Both the position numbers and the translations under genes were made by a program. The notes under the pieces were generated by a model, which searched no databases, was not told the origin of the DNA, and saw only the letters and a list, made by a program, of their open reading frames with translations. Positions 28,551-38,600 of a stretch of 64,000 bases of DNA are shown here, piece by piece (positions within the stretch are counted from its first letter, which is position 1; every line of letters begins with the position of its first letter). The stretch covers positions 18,132 through 82,131 of the forward strand of contig JABLTJ010000012.1 of the NCBI GenBank assembly GCA_013166775.1. The letters are read 5' to 3'. The DNA is from Promethearchaeati archaeon (lineage in GTDB: Archaea > Asgardarchaeota > Heimdallarchaeia > Heimdallarchaeales > Heimdallarchaeaceae).

Positions 28551-30236
28551 TTAATCTTCATCTACCTTTTCCGTTAAAAGCTCTAAATCTCTTTTCCTAT
28601 TTTCAATTTCCTCTTTTTTCCGTTTGATTTGATCATCTAATTCCTGAATCTCTTTTGAGATTTTCTGAGCTTTTGAATAATCCTCTTTATCATCAATGGA
28701 GCTCAACAAAGTTTTTTGTATATCTAATTCAGCTTCTAATTCTTTGTATAAAGCATTTAATTGCTTATCTTTGAGATCTAGCTCCTCTTTTGCTCTTTCC
28801 AATCTTCCTCTCTCATTCTTCATTTTGGTTATCAAATCTTTTAATTCTTCATAACTTTCTTCTAGTTTTCCTTTATCTTCTGCTATATTATCGTGGCAAT
28901 CACAGACCTCTTCATTGAGTTTTTCTTTTTCCTTTTCATACTTCTTTATCTTTTTCTCATCGTATTCATCCTTGATTAGGCTATTAATCTCTTCTATTCT
29001 CGCTTTCTTTTCATTAATCTCGATTTGTAAATCATTAATCTCGTCGCTCATTTCATTTTCTTTCTTCTCGTGTTTCTCAATTTCCTTTTCAATGTCTGAA
29101 ATTCCAGATTCTAAATCTTGCATCTCCTTTTTCTTTTCTTCAGAAGTTATTTTCAATTGTTCGATTTTTTCATTTAGATTTGTGATCTCTATTTCGATTT
29201 TATCTATTTTATCGATATCATCTTTTAGTTCAACAACTTCTCTCAAGGTCTGTGCATCTTTCATCTTCTTCTTAAGTTCTCTATTTAAAGCTAGAATTCT
29301 CTTTTCTTTTGCACCCCTATCCTCTTCAACATCTACAATACGTAGATTATCTTCTTCTAATTTGATTTTTAGAAGATCAAGATCTACTTCTGTGTCTTTA
29401 ACCTTATGTTGAGCTATTTCCAATTTTTCGTTAATTCCGTTAATTTCAGTGAGAATATCTTGGAATTTCTCCTCATCCCTTTCTTCAATTTCTATCGTTT
29501 CGAGAGAATTCCTTCTTTCTGTTTTCTCTTTGAAAATTTTCTTCAAATCTTTTACATCATCTTTCTTCAATTTCAGCTCTTTAGATAATAAATCGATTCG
29601 TTCTTCTTCGAACATTATTTTTTCATTTAATCTTGTAATTTCTTCAGTTCTTTGATCCTTCTCTATTTCTTGTTTCTGTATCTCAGAATTAAGATCTTCA
29701 ATCTCTTTTTCGATTTTTTCAGCATCTTTCATATCATCAGATGAAGCCCCTAAAAGAATTTGGATGGATTTTTGCTTTTCTAATTTCACTTCCATTTCTT
29801 CATATAGACTCTTTAAATCTCTCTCCTTTGAGCGGATATCTTTCTCAAATAGATCCATTTGTCCAATGTCAATGAGTTTCTCTATTTTTGTGATATATTT
29901 TTGGATGTTTTTAATTCTTATTTCTCCATCTTCCAAGGATTTCCTAAAGAATAAAGCTAGATTGGAGTTTTCCCCGAGCTTGAGAATTAAAACATCTATT
30001 TCATCAGTATCAAAGAGGAGTTGATTATATCCTTTGTAATTATAATTGCATATTTCATATAATGTTCTCAAATTTGAAAGAATATTTGATAAATCGTTTC
30101 CTAACTTAGGTATGTTTACTGACTCCTCAAATTGTTCAAAAGTAGTCTGATAGACAATACCATCATTATAAAACATTACAATATGCTCTACTTCAGGCAG
30201 AGCTCTTTTTATTCTTTCTATTGTTTTTAGCACCAT
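28551..30236 (-). CDS. Roadblock/LC7(profilin-like) N-terminal domain fused to a long helical/coiled-coil repeat rod
   Basis: aa 1-122: helix, VEHIVMFYNDGIVY beta-hairpin, helix, QLLFDTDEIDVLILKL..LALFF strands, helix; aa ~125-561 E/K-rich heptads with ~86-aa periodicity. Confidence 0.72.
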   Translation of the reverse strand: MVLKTIERIKRALPEVEHIVMFYNDGIVYQTTFEQFEESVNIPKLGNDLSNILSNLRTLYEICNYNYKGYNQLLFDTDEIDVLILKLGENSNLALFFRKSLEDGEIRIKNIQKYITKIEKLIDIGQMDLFEKDIRSKERDLKSLYEEMEVKLEKQKSIQILLGASSDDMKDAEKIEKEIEDLNSEIQKQEIEKDQRTEEITRLNEKIMFEEERIDLLSKELKLKKDDVKDLKKIFKEKTERRNSLETIEIEERDEEKFQDILTEINGINEKLEIAQHKVKDTEVDLDLLKIKLEEDNLRIVDVEEDRGAKEKRILALNRELKKKMKDAQTLREVVELKDDIDKIDKIEIEITNLNEKIEQLKITSEEKKKEMQDLESGISDIEKEIEKHEKKENEMSDEINDLQIEINEKKARIEEINSLIKDEYDEKKIKKYEKEKEKLNEEVCDCHDNIAEDKGKLEESYEELKDLITKMKNERGRLERAKEELDLKDKQLNALYKELEAELDIQKTLLSSIDDKEDYSKAQKISKEIQELDDQIKRKKEEIENRKRDLELLTEKVDED

Positions 30237-30247
30237 TTTTTCTCACA

Positions 30248-31714
30248 TTATGATATAATTAATGACCTAAATTTATTGATCCCTCTGTTAATGTTAGATT
30301 TTATCTGTTCACTTCCATATTTTGAAAATATAAAAAGGATTCCAATTGTTGCAAAAACCGCTAGAATTAAGATCAGACCTATTAGATATGTTCCTCTTGA
30401 AAGCATTGTGAAGTAGATGGAAACTATGAATAGTTGTAAGATTGTCGTACTGAAGCCTATCTTCCAAAAGGTTTTCATTTTTATTGGTCGGTTATTTTGT
30501 TCAGCTATGTTGAGAACTAGTATATTATCTCCTAAAGGTGTCAAATTATCTCCCCAGTTTGCTCCGAAAGAAAGGGCATAGTAATAATCATTACTTGGTG
30601 ACATGATTCCAACAACAGGTATCAAAATCTTAGTTATAGGGATATTATCAATCATTGAGCTTAGGAATGCTGAAACCCAAATAACAAGTATAAGTTGAAA
30701 TACGGGATTATTTGCTCCTAATCCTTTTAGTAAATTTCCGATTAAAGCAACGATTCCAACAGCTTCTAATCCCCCAGCTAGAACAAATATGCCTAGTAGA
30801 TATAGAATAAGTTCAAGATCAAATCTCTTAATTATTTCTTTTGGTTTGAGTCCTAGAAATGCACTGAAAATTGTTAATAACATTGCTACACTCATCGCGA
30901 ATATATCTATAGGTACTTTATCTGAAGGGATAACTGGACCAATGAGTATGAATCCGATAAATAATATTCCTAAACTACTCATTGAAGCATATAACAATCG
31001 TCGACTTTGAACGAAGTTCCACACATTAAATTCATCTAAGGTTTCAATCAATTTTCTTCCAGGATCTCTGAATTCTTTTCTATATAGAAAGATGAAAAAT
31101 GTAATTGTTATTCCAGCAGTTAAAATCGAGAATAAACCTACATTTACAAAGAATTCATTGAATTTTATGTTAGTTTCAGTTACAATTAAAATGTTTGGTA
31201 TTGATGAAATAGAAAAGAAAGTACCTCCAATATTAACCATGATTGCTTCAGTGATAATATACGGCGTTGGATCTATTTTTAGAATACGTGAAATAGTAAT
31301 TGTCAATGGTATTAGAATCATAACTGTTAGAATATTATTGATAATTGCAGAGAAGAAAACTGAGATTATACACAGAATGGTCATCAGTGCTATAGGTTTC
31401 CCTTTTGATAGTTTAATTGCTAGAACACCAAGAAATTGAAAAAGCCCCACTTCGTCAGAAATTTGTACAATAAACATCATCCCCAGTATTAGTATAAGTG
31501 AGTGTAAGTTAACAAACCCATCATCAGGAGTTCCAAACAATAAATCCACAATAACAGAAAAATTTTTTTTCTCAATAAAGGTCAAGACAAAATAGGTGAT
31601 AACTGCAGCTGTTATAGCAGCAACCGCTCGATTTAATTTATCTGTGAAAATTAGAACAATGACAGCAAGGAAACATAAAGATATAATAATCTGACTCGCT
31701 AGAATTTTTGGCAC
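30248..31714 (-). CDS. ArsB/NhaD (SLC13/P-protein-like) ion transporter
   Basis: SAIINNILTV, NIGG....SSIPNILI, LSSMIDNIP, GANWGDNLTPLG; many TM helices. Confidence 0.88.
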   Translation of the reverse strand: MPKILASQIIISLCFLAVIVLIFTDKLNRAVAAITAAVITYFVLTFIEKKNFSVIVDLLFGTPDDGFVNLHSLILILGMMFIVQISDEVGLFQFLGVLAIKLSKGKPIALMTILCIISVFFSAIINNILTVMILIPLTITISRILKIDPTPYIITEAIMVNIGGTFFSISSIPNILIVTETNIKFNEFFVNVGLFSILTAGITITFFIFLYRKEFRDPGRKLIETLDEFNVWNFVQSRRLLYASMSSLGILFIGFILIGPVIPSDKVPIDIFAMSVAMLLTIFSAFLGLKPKEIIKRFDLELILYLLGIFVLAGGLEAVGIVALIGNLLKGLGANNPVFQLILVIWVSAFLSSMIDNIPITKILIPVVGIMSPSNDYYYALSFGANWGDNLTPLGDNILVLNIAEQNNRPIKMKTFWKIGFSTTILQLFIVSIYFTMLSRGTYLIGLILILAVFATIGILFIFSKYGSEQIKSNINRGINKFRSLIIS

Positions 31715-31890
31715 CTTTATCTAATTTTCTCATTTAATTCCAAGACTAGTTGCTTTTTATGCAATTTCTAACCGATGATTTGTCTTTGTAAGTAATTTCA
31801 AAACTACAATTATAAAACAGTTTTGTCATCTTGTTACCTCAAGTGGATAAGTCATCAACTTGAACTACATAGAAAAACAGTTATTTTATA

Positions 31891-33753
31891 TTAAGAGAAG
31901 ATTTCTTGTGCCCATTTTTCCATAATGTCACTTTTTTCTTTTTCCAGATATCTACCTGTAAGAATAGTATGACCAAAATATTGCATAAATGAAGAGGATA
32001 CTAATTTACTAGCGAATGTTTCTACTTTCTTTCTTGCTGAATAAGATGAACCCTTGAAAGCATAACATACTATGATATTTTCAATATTCTGAAAGATAAG
32101 AAGATAGTTTTGGTGCTCAATTCGTCTAATTAAACCTTCAGTCGCGAATATTTCTTGAACAATGTTATTTATCGCAGATAAGAAACCAGATAGAAGAACC
32201 TGATCTACTTTTGTATCATCACCAAATTGCATCGAAAATAACGGAATACCATTTTCATTCAAAATAATCAACATAACAGGTATATCATTTTCTATTTCGT
32301 CAAGCTCAAAAGTGGCTCTATTTATCATATTAAGTACTAAGTTATCTATTTTTGATTCCTTAATTCTATCAGCAAGACTAACATTTTCTTCGATTAAATT
32401 CTTCCATTTATTCACTTCTGAAAGCAAATTATCATGGTCATTCGAAATTCTTCTAGCTAAGTTTTCTAAATCCTGTCCTTCAGCAATTGCTTGAGCTTGC
32501 GATAAGAATCCACTAGCTTTACCTATATCTGTATCAAGCAAAGCTAGCCTCCCCTTTAGCCAGTAAACTTCTGCAAGTAGAGATTTAGAAAATTGTTGCT
32601 GAGCAATTTTCAGTATCTTATTTGTCAATTCCTCAAGATCTGAAAGGATAGTTCGATTATCGGTGAATCTTAATTCATGTAATAGAATTTCACAGAGATT
32701 TAACATTGCATGAACATTGATTTCTTGATATACTAGATTTCTCTCAATTATACTTTGAAGAATTTCTTGAGCTCTCCCTAAACTGTAGAATCTATTAATT
32801 TTGCGGAGTAATATTGCTTCAGATAAAATCGAATAGTAAAAAATCATTGTTCCGGAATGTTCTTTACTGGTTTTTTTTGATAATTCAAGATATTTCTCAG
32901 CTTCAGCAAACTGATTCTTATTTGATAGAATATTAATTAGATAATAGGAGGATTCAACAACAGTGAATTTGAAGTTTATTTCTAGAGATCTTGCCAAGCT
33001 TTTGGAAAAATATTCTAAAGCATTATCAAGATCACCTTTACTATAATATACAATCCCCACATTATTGTAAGTAATCGCCATTCCATATATATTACCAAGT
33101 TCTTGGTGATAAATCAAAGCAGTATTGTAGAATTGAAGAGCTTTACCAAAATCTCCCTTGAGTCTGTAAATCTCTCCAATAGCCACGTTACACTTCGCTA
33201 CAATGATGCTATTATTCAGTGCTCTTCCTTTTACCAAACTCTGTTCAAGTAATAACATAGATTCTTGTAAACTTCCTTTGAATGTCAGAATCTTTCCTTT
33301 ACGATATAAACATTGAGCATAGAGATCATCATTCTTTGTAATTTTGGATAAAATGAGACACTCATTTAAGTATTCCAAAGATTTTACCAAATCAACGAAA
33401 CAGAAAACAGATCCTTTTTGAAATAAGATTTTGGCAGTAATTTCCTTTGAAGAAAGAGAATTAGGATCGTTAATTTCCTTTGTTGCAAGGTATTCTGCTT
33501 TCTCAATTATAAGTAGACTATCTTCAAATCTACCCTGTTGCCAGAGAGATTCAATAATGTAACAGTAAAAATCACATTTTTGTTCGAGTGATAAGAATTT
33601 CTCTTCGAAATTGTTAAGAATTTGTTGAGACAAAATAATGCTTTTTTCAAAAAATCCAAGTTGAGTGTAGATACGTGATTTTGATAAAGCTAATTCAACC
33701 AATGAACTATCAGAGATGTCAGGAGTCTCCTCTAAACGATCTATTTCATCCAA
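31891..33753 (-). CDS. TPR-repeat protein with a C-terminal longin-like domain
   Basis: TPR motifs (IGEIYRLKGDFGKALQFY; NNVGIVYYSKGDLDNALEYF); C-term LIILNENGIPLFS..F...LLSGFLSAI. The frame is open ~23 codons upstream of the TTG, so the start is uncertain. Confidence 0.85.
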   Translation of the reverse strand: MDEIDRLEETPDISDSSLVELALSKSRIYTQLGFFEKSIILSQQILNNFEEKFLSLEQKCDFYCYIIESLWQQGRFEDSLLIIEKAEYLATKEINDPNSLSSKEITAKILFQKGSVFCFVDLVKSLEYLNECLILSKITKNDDLYAQCLYRKGKILTFKGSLQESMLLLEQSLVKGRALNNSIIVAKCNVAIGEIYRLKGDFGKALQFYNTALIYHQELGNIYGMAITYNNVGIVYYSKGDLDNALEYFSKSLARSLEINFKFTVVESSYYLINILSNKNQFAEAEKYLELSKKTSKEHSGTMIFYYSILSEAILLRKINRFYSLGRAQEILQSIIERNLVYQEINVHAMLNLCEILLHELRFTDNRTILSDLEELTNKILKIAQQQFSKSLLAEVYWLKGRLALLDTDIGKASGFLSQAQAIAEGQDLENLARRISNDHDNLLSEVNKWKNLIEENVSLADRIKESKIDNLVLNMINRATFELDEIENDIPVMLIILNENGIPLFSMQFGDDTKVDQVLLSGFLSAINNIVQEIFATEGLIRRIEHQNYLLIFQNIENIIVCYAFKGSSYSARKKVETFASKLVSSSFMQYFGHTILTGRYLEKEKSDIMEKWAQEIFS

Positions 33754-33926
33754 AGCTTCTTGAAATTTAGATGTCGAGATGAATGATTGAATTATTTTCA
33801 GTTTTTCTTGTTCTACGGAGAATTAAATCACACTCACAGTTAACAATTAGTATTAAGCATATAAGGAGTCAAATAAATATGTTTCATTTGAGGCTAGTAA
33901 AATGAAAAAGAATAAATTAGATGAAA

Positions 33927-35672
33927 TTATTTCTTTTTGTTATCTTTGATCATTAGATATTCCTTTACTATGCTTTCTAATTCCTTTTTTGTGATTCTAC
34001 TATCTTCCTCGATTTTCCCATCCAAGAGTCTGATATGTCTAAAACCTGGACGAAGCAGAGATAAATCGTGAGAACAGACAACTACAGTTGCTTTATTTAT
34101 TCGTACAATATCCATGAGGAGATCCATGATTGTTCGAGCTAGTTCACTATCCATATTTGCAGTTGGTTCGTCAGCTAAGATGACTATTGTTTTTCGAGAT
34201 AAAGCAGCAGCTAGAGTAGCTCTTTGGATTTCACCTGCTGAAAGCTCGTTTGGATATGAATCAAGCTTGTGGTCGATGTGACATTCTTTCACAATAGAAT
34301 TACTATATTCCACATCATACTTTTCACCAGAGAAGAGATTCGGGATAAGTAGATTGTCCTTAACTTGTAATGGATCAAATAGATTGTTGTGTTGTGATAT
34401 GTAAGCAATGTTATTTAATCTGTAGAGTGAAACCAAGCTTTCTTTCTCTTCTGTTATCGGAAACTTACTCACCTTAATTGTACCTTCATTAGGTTTTATC
34501 AGTCCTGCTATAAGATTAAGAAGTGTAGTTTTACCTACACCAGAAGGACCAGACAAGAAAACAAAGTCTCCTTTGTCGATATTTAGGTCAATTTTCTGAA
34601 TAACTTCATTGTAACCAGCTTCAGATTTATATCCTTTTGAGAGACCTTTTATTCTTATGAGTGGTTGAGCTTTCTTAGGAGGAATAAATTCTCTACTTAA
34701 AATGGCTTCGACATCTTCAAATTTGACTCTCTCTATTTGTTCTTCTATGTCTTCAGCAGGACTGGTTAATAGATTGTAAATTTGATCTCGAGTGATGATT
34801 TCTGGATTCCAGAAGAGACCCATTTTTTTCGAAGGGTGCATATCAAATTCTATTATATCACTCAAAGCTGCTATTGATTTTATTTCATCAGGTATTCTGA
34901 CAAAATTTGAGGGATCAATGTAAGCTTTATTAATCTCAGAAGAGTGCATCAGAAATTCTAATTGATCTCTCCCCATATCTCTACTGATACCTGCTAATCG
35001 TCCATCTCTTAATATGAAACTTTTTTCGAAGATTGTTCTGTAGCGAATATCATGTGTTACAACAAGAATAGTTGTACCTAATGACATGTTTACTTGCTTG
35101 ATTGTCTCAATCATTTCACGAGTGTGTTGACTGTCCAATTGCCCTGAAGGTTCATCTGCCAAGATAATTTCAGGTTTTTTAGCAAGAGCTACTCCCAGAG
35201 AGAGTCTCATTGCTTCTCCTCCAGATAACTTTGCAACAGTATTATTCTTGACATGTTCTAAGTTCAGTAGTTTAATTAGCTCATCAACTTCTCTGTTCGA
35301 TTGCTCTCTAGGTAGGTAGAAGATTTTCTTAGGGATAAGTAAATTCTGTCGTACACTTAGATGAGAAAAGAGATTTTCACTGATGAATTGATTAATCATT
35401 CCAACACTATAAAATCTGAACTCTCGTCTTTCATACTCATTCAGCTTGTCAAATCTTTGATCCTTAATGTATAATGCACCACTAGTTAATTCATCGACTC
35501 CAGCTATCATATTAATTAGGGTGGTCTTTCCTGAGCCACTTGGACCGATAATACTTACTAGTTCTCCTTCCTTTATGTTAAGATTAAGCCCTCTTAAAGC
35601 TGCAACTGAAACTTCTGTAACAGAATCTTGGTAGATTTTTATTATATCTTCGCATCTTATCATCTTTATCAC
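33927..35672 (-). CDS. ABC ATP-binding protein with two fused LolD/MacB-type ATPase domains
   Basis: GPSGSGKTT/LSGGE/ILADEP/VTHD and GPSGVGKTT/LSAGE/ILADEP/CSHD. Confidence 0.9.
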   Translation of the reverse strand: MIKMIRCEDIIKIYQDSVTEVSVAALRGLNLNIKEGELVSIIGPSGSGKTTLINMIAGVDELTSGALYIKDQRFDKLNEYERREFRFYSVGMINQFISENLFSHLSVRQNLLIPKKIFYLPREQSNREVDELIKLLNLEHVKNNTVAKLSGGEAMRLSLGVALAKKPEIILADEPSGQLDSQHTREMIETIKQVNMSLGTTILVVTHDIRYRTIFEKSFILRDGRLAGISRDMGRDQLEFLMHSSEINKAYIDPSNFVRIPDEIKSIAALSDIIEFDMHPSKKMGLFWNPEIITRDQIYNLLTSPAEDIEEQIERVKFEDVEAILSREFIPPKKAQPLIRIKGLSKGYKSEAGYNEVIQKIDLNIDKGDFVFLSGPSGVGKTTLLNLIAGLIKPNEGTIKVSKFPITEEKESLVSLYRLNNIAYISQHNNLFDPLQVKDNLLIPNLFSGEKYDVEYSNSIVKECHIDHKLDSYPNELSAGEIQRATLAAALSRKTIVILADEPTANMDSELARTIMDLLMDIVRINKATVVVCSHDLSLLRPGFRHIRLLDGKIEEDSRITKKELESIVKEYLMIKDNKKK

Positions 35673-38600
35673 TCCAGATTCCTTGGTGTAAACCTCACAA
35701 AGTTTATTTTCATTGCTACAAAGAAAATTAAATAGAACAGAATAGGTATTCCCAGAAATATCAGTAACATTGCTGGATAGGGATAAGGAATAACATAAGG
35801 AATTGATGAGTATGTAAAACTCAACATCAAAAATCCTGTTAATCGAACTAATCCGTAACCTGCTACTCCACCAAGAAGCAAACCAGGGAGGATTGCAGAG
35901 ATTAGAAGTTCTAATCCTGTCATGAGAATAATATTATTTGAAGGGATACCTATTTTTTTCAAGACATCATGTTTAATAATACGTTTTTGCAAAATCTTGA
36001 TTGGATTACTTAGACTTGTAAATATAATTGCTACCAAACAGATTAGAATTCCAAAAACAAATTCAGCTGTCATCAACGAATAGAATGGAAAATCTCTGAT
36101 CAACAATGTATCAGCTTCTTCTTCTGTTGATTCCACATTTATGTTGAGATCCTTCTCAAGTTGTTCTGCAAACTTAATTTGATTTATCGTTGGTTTCAAT
36201 TTAATTAATAATCTATCAATTGTATTCCCTTCGTATTCATGAGTTGACTCATTAAGTTTCTTGTAATTTTCCTTATTAGTTACAAAATAATAATCACTGG
36301 GAAGGAGTGATTCTTGTTCATCATAAAAAATCGGATAGAGGTTAAAAGTTGAGGAAATAGTAAATGTAAATTCTGCTGATCCATTTGAAAAAGTATAACT
36401 AGATTCTTCTCTAGATACAAAGTTGAAAAATGCTCTTGAGACCATCATGGTATCTAGTAAGTCTGTTTCTTGAACTCTATCGTTCCAGTCCTCGAAGATG
36501 TACTTCGGTGGTTTGAATGCTGATGATAGATAATCATTAATGTTATTGTAGACAAGAGTATATAATGACGTATAATAATAGAAATTATGATATACAGAGA
36601 TATTAGATATGCTATCAATTTCATTATAAAGATTTAATTTACCCAATATGCTGGAAGTATCAAGATCTTGCCAATTACTAATATATAGATCACTTCCTCC
36701 ATGAAGTAACGTTTCGTTTTGAATCTTAGTTTGGATTGCTATCGGTGACAAAATGAATGGCATTATTACTCCTATAATGATAACGTAAGTTAAAAAAGTG
36801 TTATTGAATAAATTGATATCAGAACGTACATCAACTAGAGAAAGAGAAAATTTGGTTTTCTTTATTCTCCAAGATATTTTACTTAGAACAATCATTAGAA
36901 TTTTATGAAGATCTTTCATCAATAATCCGACGCCAAGTAGAGCAACCATTACTCCTATACCCATAAGATAAATGAAGATTAGAGCAAAACTTGCAATGCC
37001 AGGGACAGCGAAACCAAATGCAAACATACTAAATAACCAGATACCTATTCCAGCTATTATCCCTCCAAGAATGATAATAAAGATGTGATTTAATCTAAGT
37101 ATTTTAAGTAATTTAACTAGTCTTCTTGGAGTTTTTTGTATTTTCTTCTCAGCTTTTGACATACGAACTATTCGTGGAAACGAAATTAGTATTAAAAGAA
37201 TCAAAGTTATACCTACTGAGAGAGGAACACTAGTGAAACTTATTTTTGCGGGTGTTTGTTTAAATTCAAGAAACTTGTCTACCCTTATTAATGGAGGTAA
37301 AAGAGCTAGAGTTATTAAAAATCCAATTAGAGCTGAAAGTATTGCTTCTATTGTTTTCATAGAGAGATAAATGAAGGAGATATTACCCGTTGATAATCCC
37401 TTGGATCTTAAGATTCTTATTTCTTGTTCGAAACTTAATCCAAATAATTCATTCACTTCGAAAATTAGAAACCACGCTAGATATATAATTGGTACTAAGA
37501 TAAAGAGGACAAGAATTTGAGCTGTTGCTAAAGTAGATTCTATACCATAAAATGCATATAAGAATTCATTATTAATTATCCAAATACTTTGAGGGAGATG
37601 AGAAAAACTGTAAGGACTTCTGCTTACCAAAGTATTCAGTTCTTCATTCAAAACTGAAATTTCATTTGGAGAAATATCTGAAAAATCATAGGAAAACTGA
37701 ATATTACCTAGTATATAAAGAGAAGAACTTGTTACGTTTTCATAAGTCTTGAAGAAATAATCCACAGGATTTAATGCAATATTGTGATTAGTTAGGAAAT
37801 TAACAGGATCTTTAGGTAGATTAAGTTCTTTACATAATGAGATCAAGACTGAATAACTGGGAACACTAATTATTCCCTTAATTGTCAGATTGTTGTCAGA
37901 AAATGGCAAATCAATAATTTCACCAAGTTGAAGATCAAGTAAATCTTGAAGATATGAAGAAATGAGAATATCTCCACTATCAGTTGGAAGATTACCTTCT
38001 TCAAGCAAGGATTTTAGAAGTGGATTATAGCTTTCTGTATATGCATGATTTTCTATATAATCATCCAGACCTACTTGAATTGACAAAGATGAACCTAAAG
38101 AATAATAATATCCTGTGATTATTCTAGAAAACAAAACTGTGTTTCTCTCTATTGAATTTACTATTTCTTCTATCGCCATTTCTGTTATGTTCTTGGTTAA
38201 ATCACCTATGGTTACACCTATAGAAGGTATACTGAAATATACTGATGAAGTACCGTTATCATATATATCATAATTAGAAATATAATCAAAAACTAAAGAA
38301 TTTCTTTTTGAATCATAAAGACTTGCGCTTGCAATAATTATTGTTGCTAGGATAGTAAACCCAAGCAAATTGATAACCAAACGTTTCTTATTAGTTCTCC
38401 ACAGCACAAAAATCAAACTTGAAGCATTTAGAAAGAATAACCAGATATTAGTAAATACAAGTTTTGCTTTTGAAACATCAGCAATAATGGGTCGAAGTAA
38501 GAAAGCTTTCAGTTTCTTAATACCTCTGTTTATTCTTTTGTGAAAGATTGCATAAGTAAGACCAAAAACTGCAATTGGGACTGCCAATGCGTACCAATAT

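Noticed and set aside
28915-30024. Plus-strand Ser/Phe/Ile-rich ORFs (28915, 29406, 29449, 29764)
   Set aside because: Antisense shadows of the E/K-rich minus-strand gene
28551-30236. SMC/Rad50 or chemotaxis-receptor call for the coiled-coil protein
   Set aside because: No Walker A/B, signature motif, hinge or TM segments; the single CDC is not a convincing CxxC zinc hook
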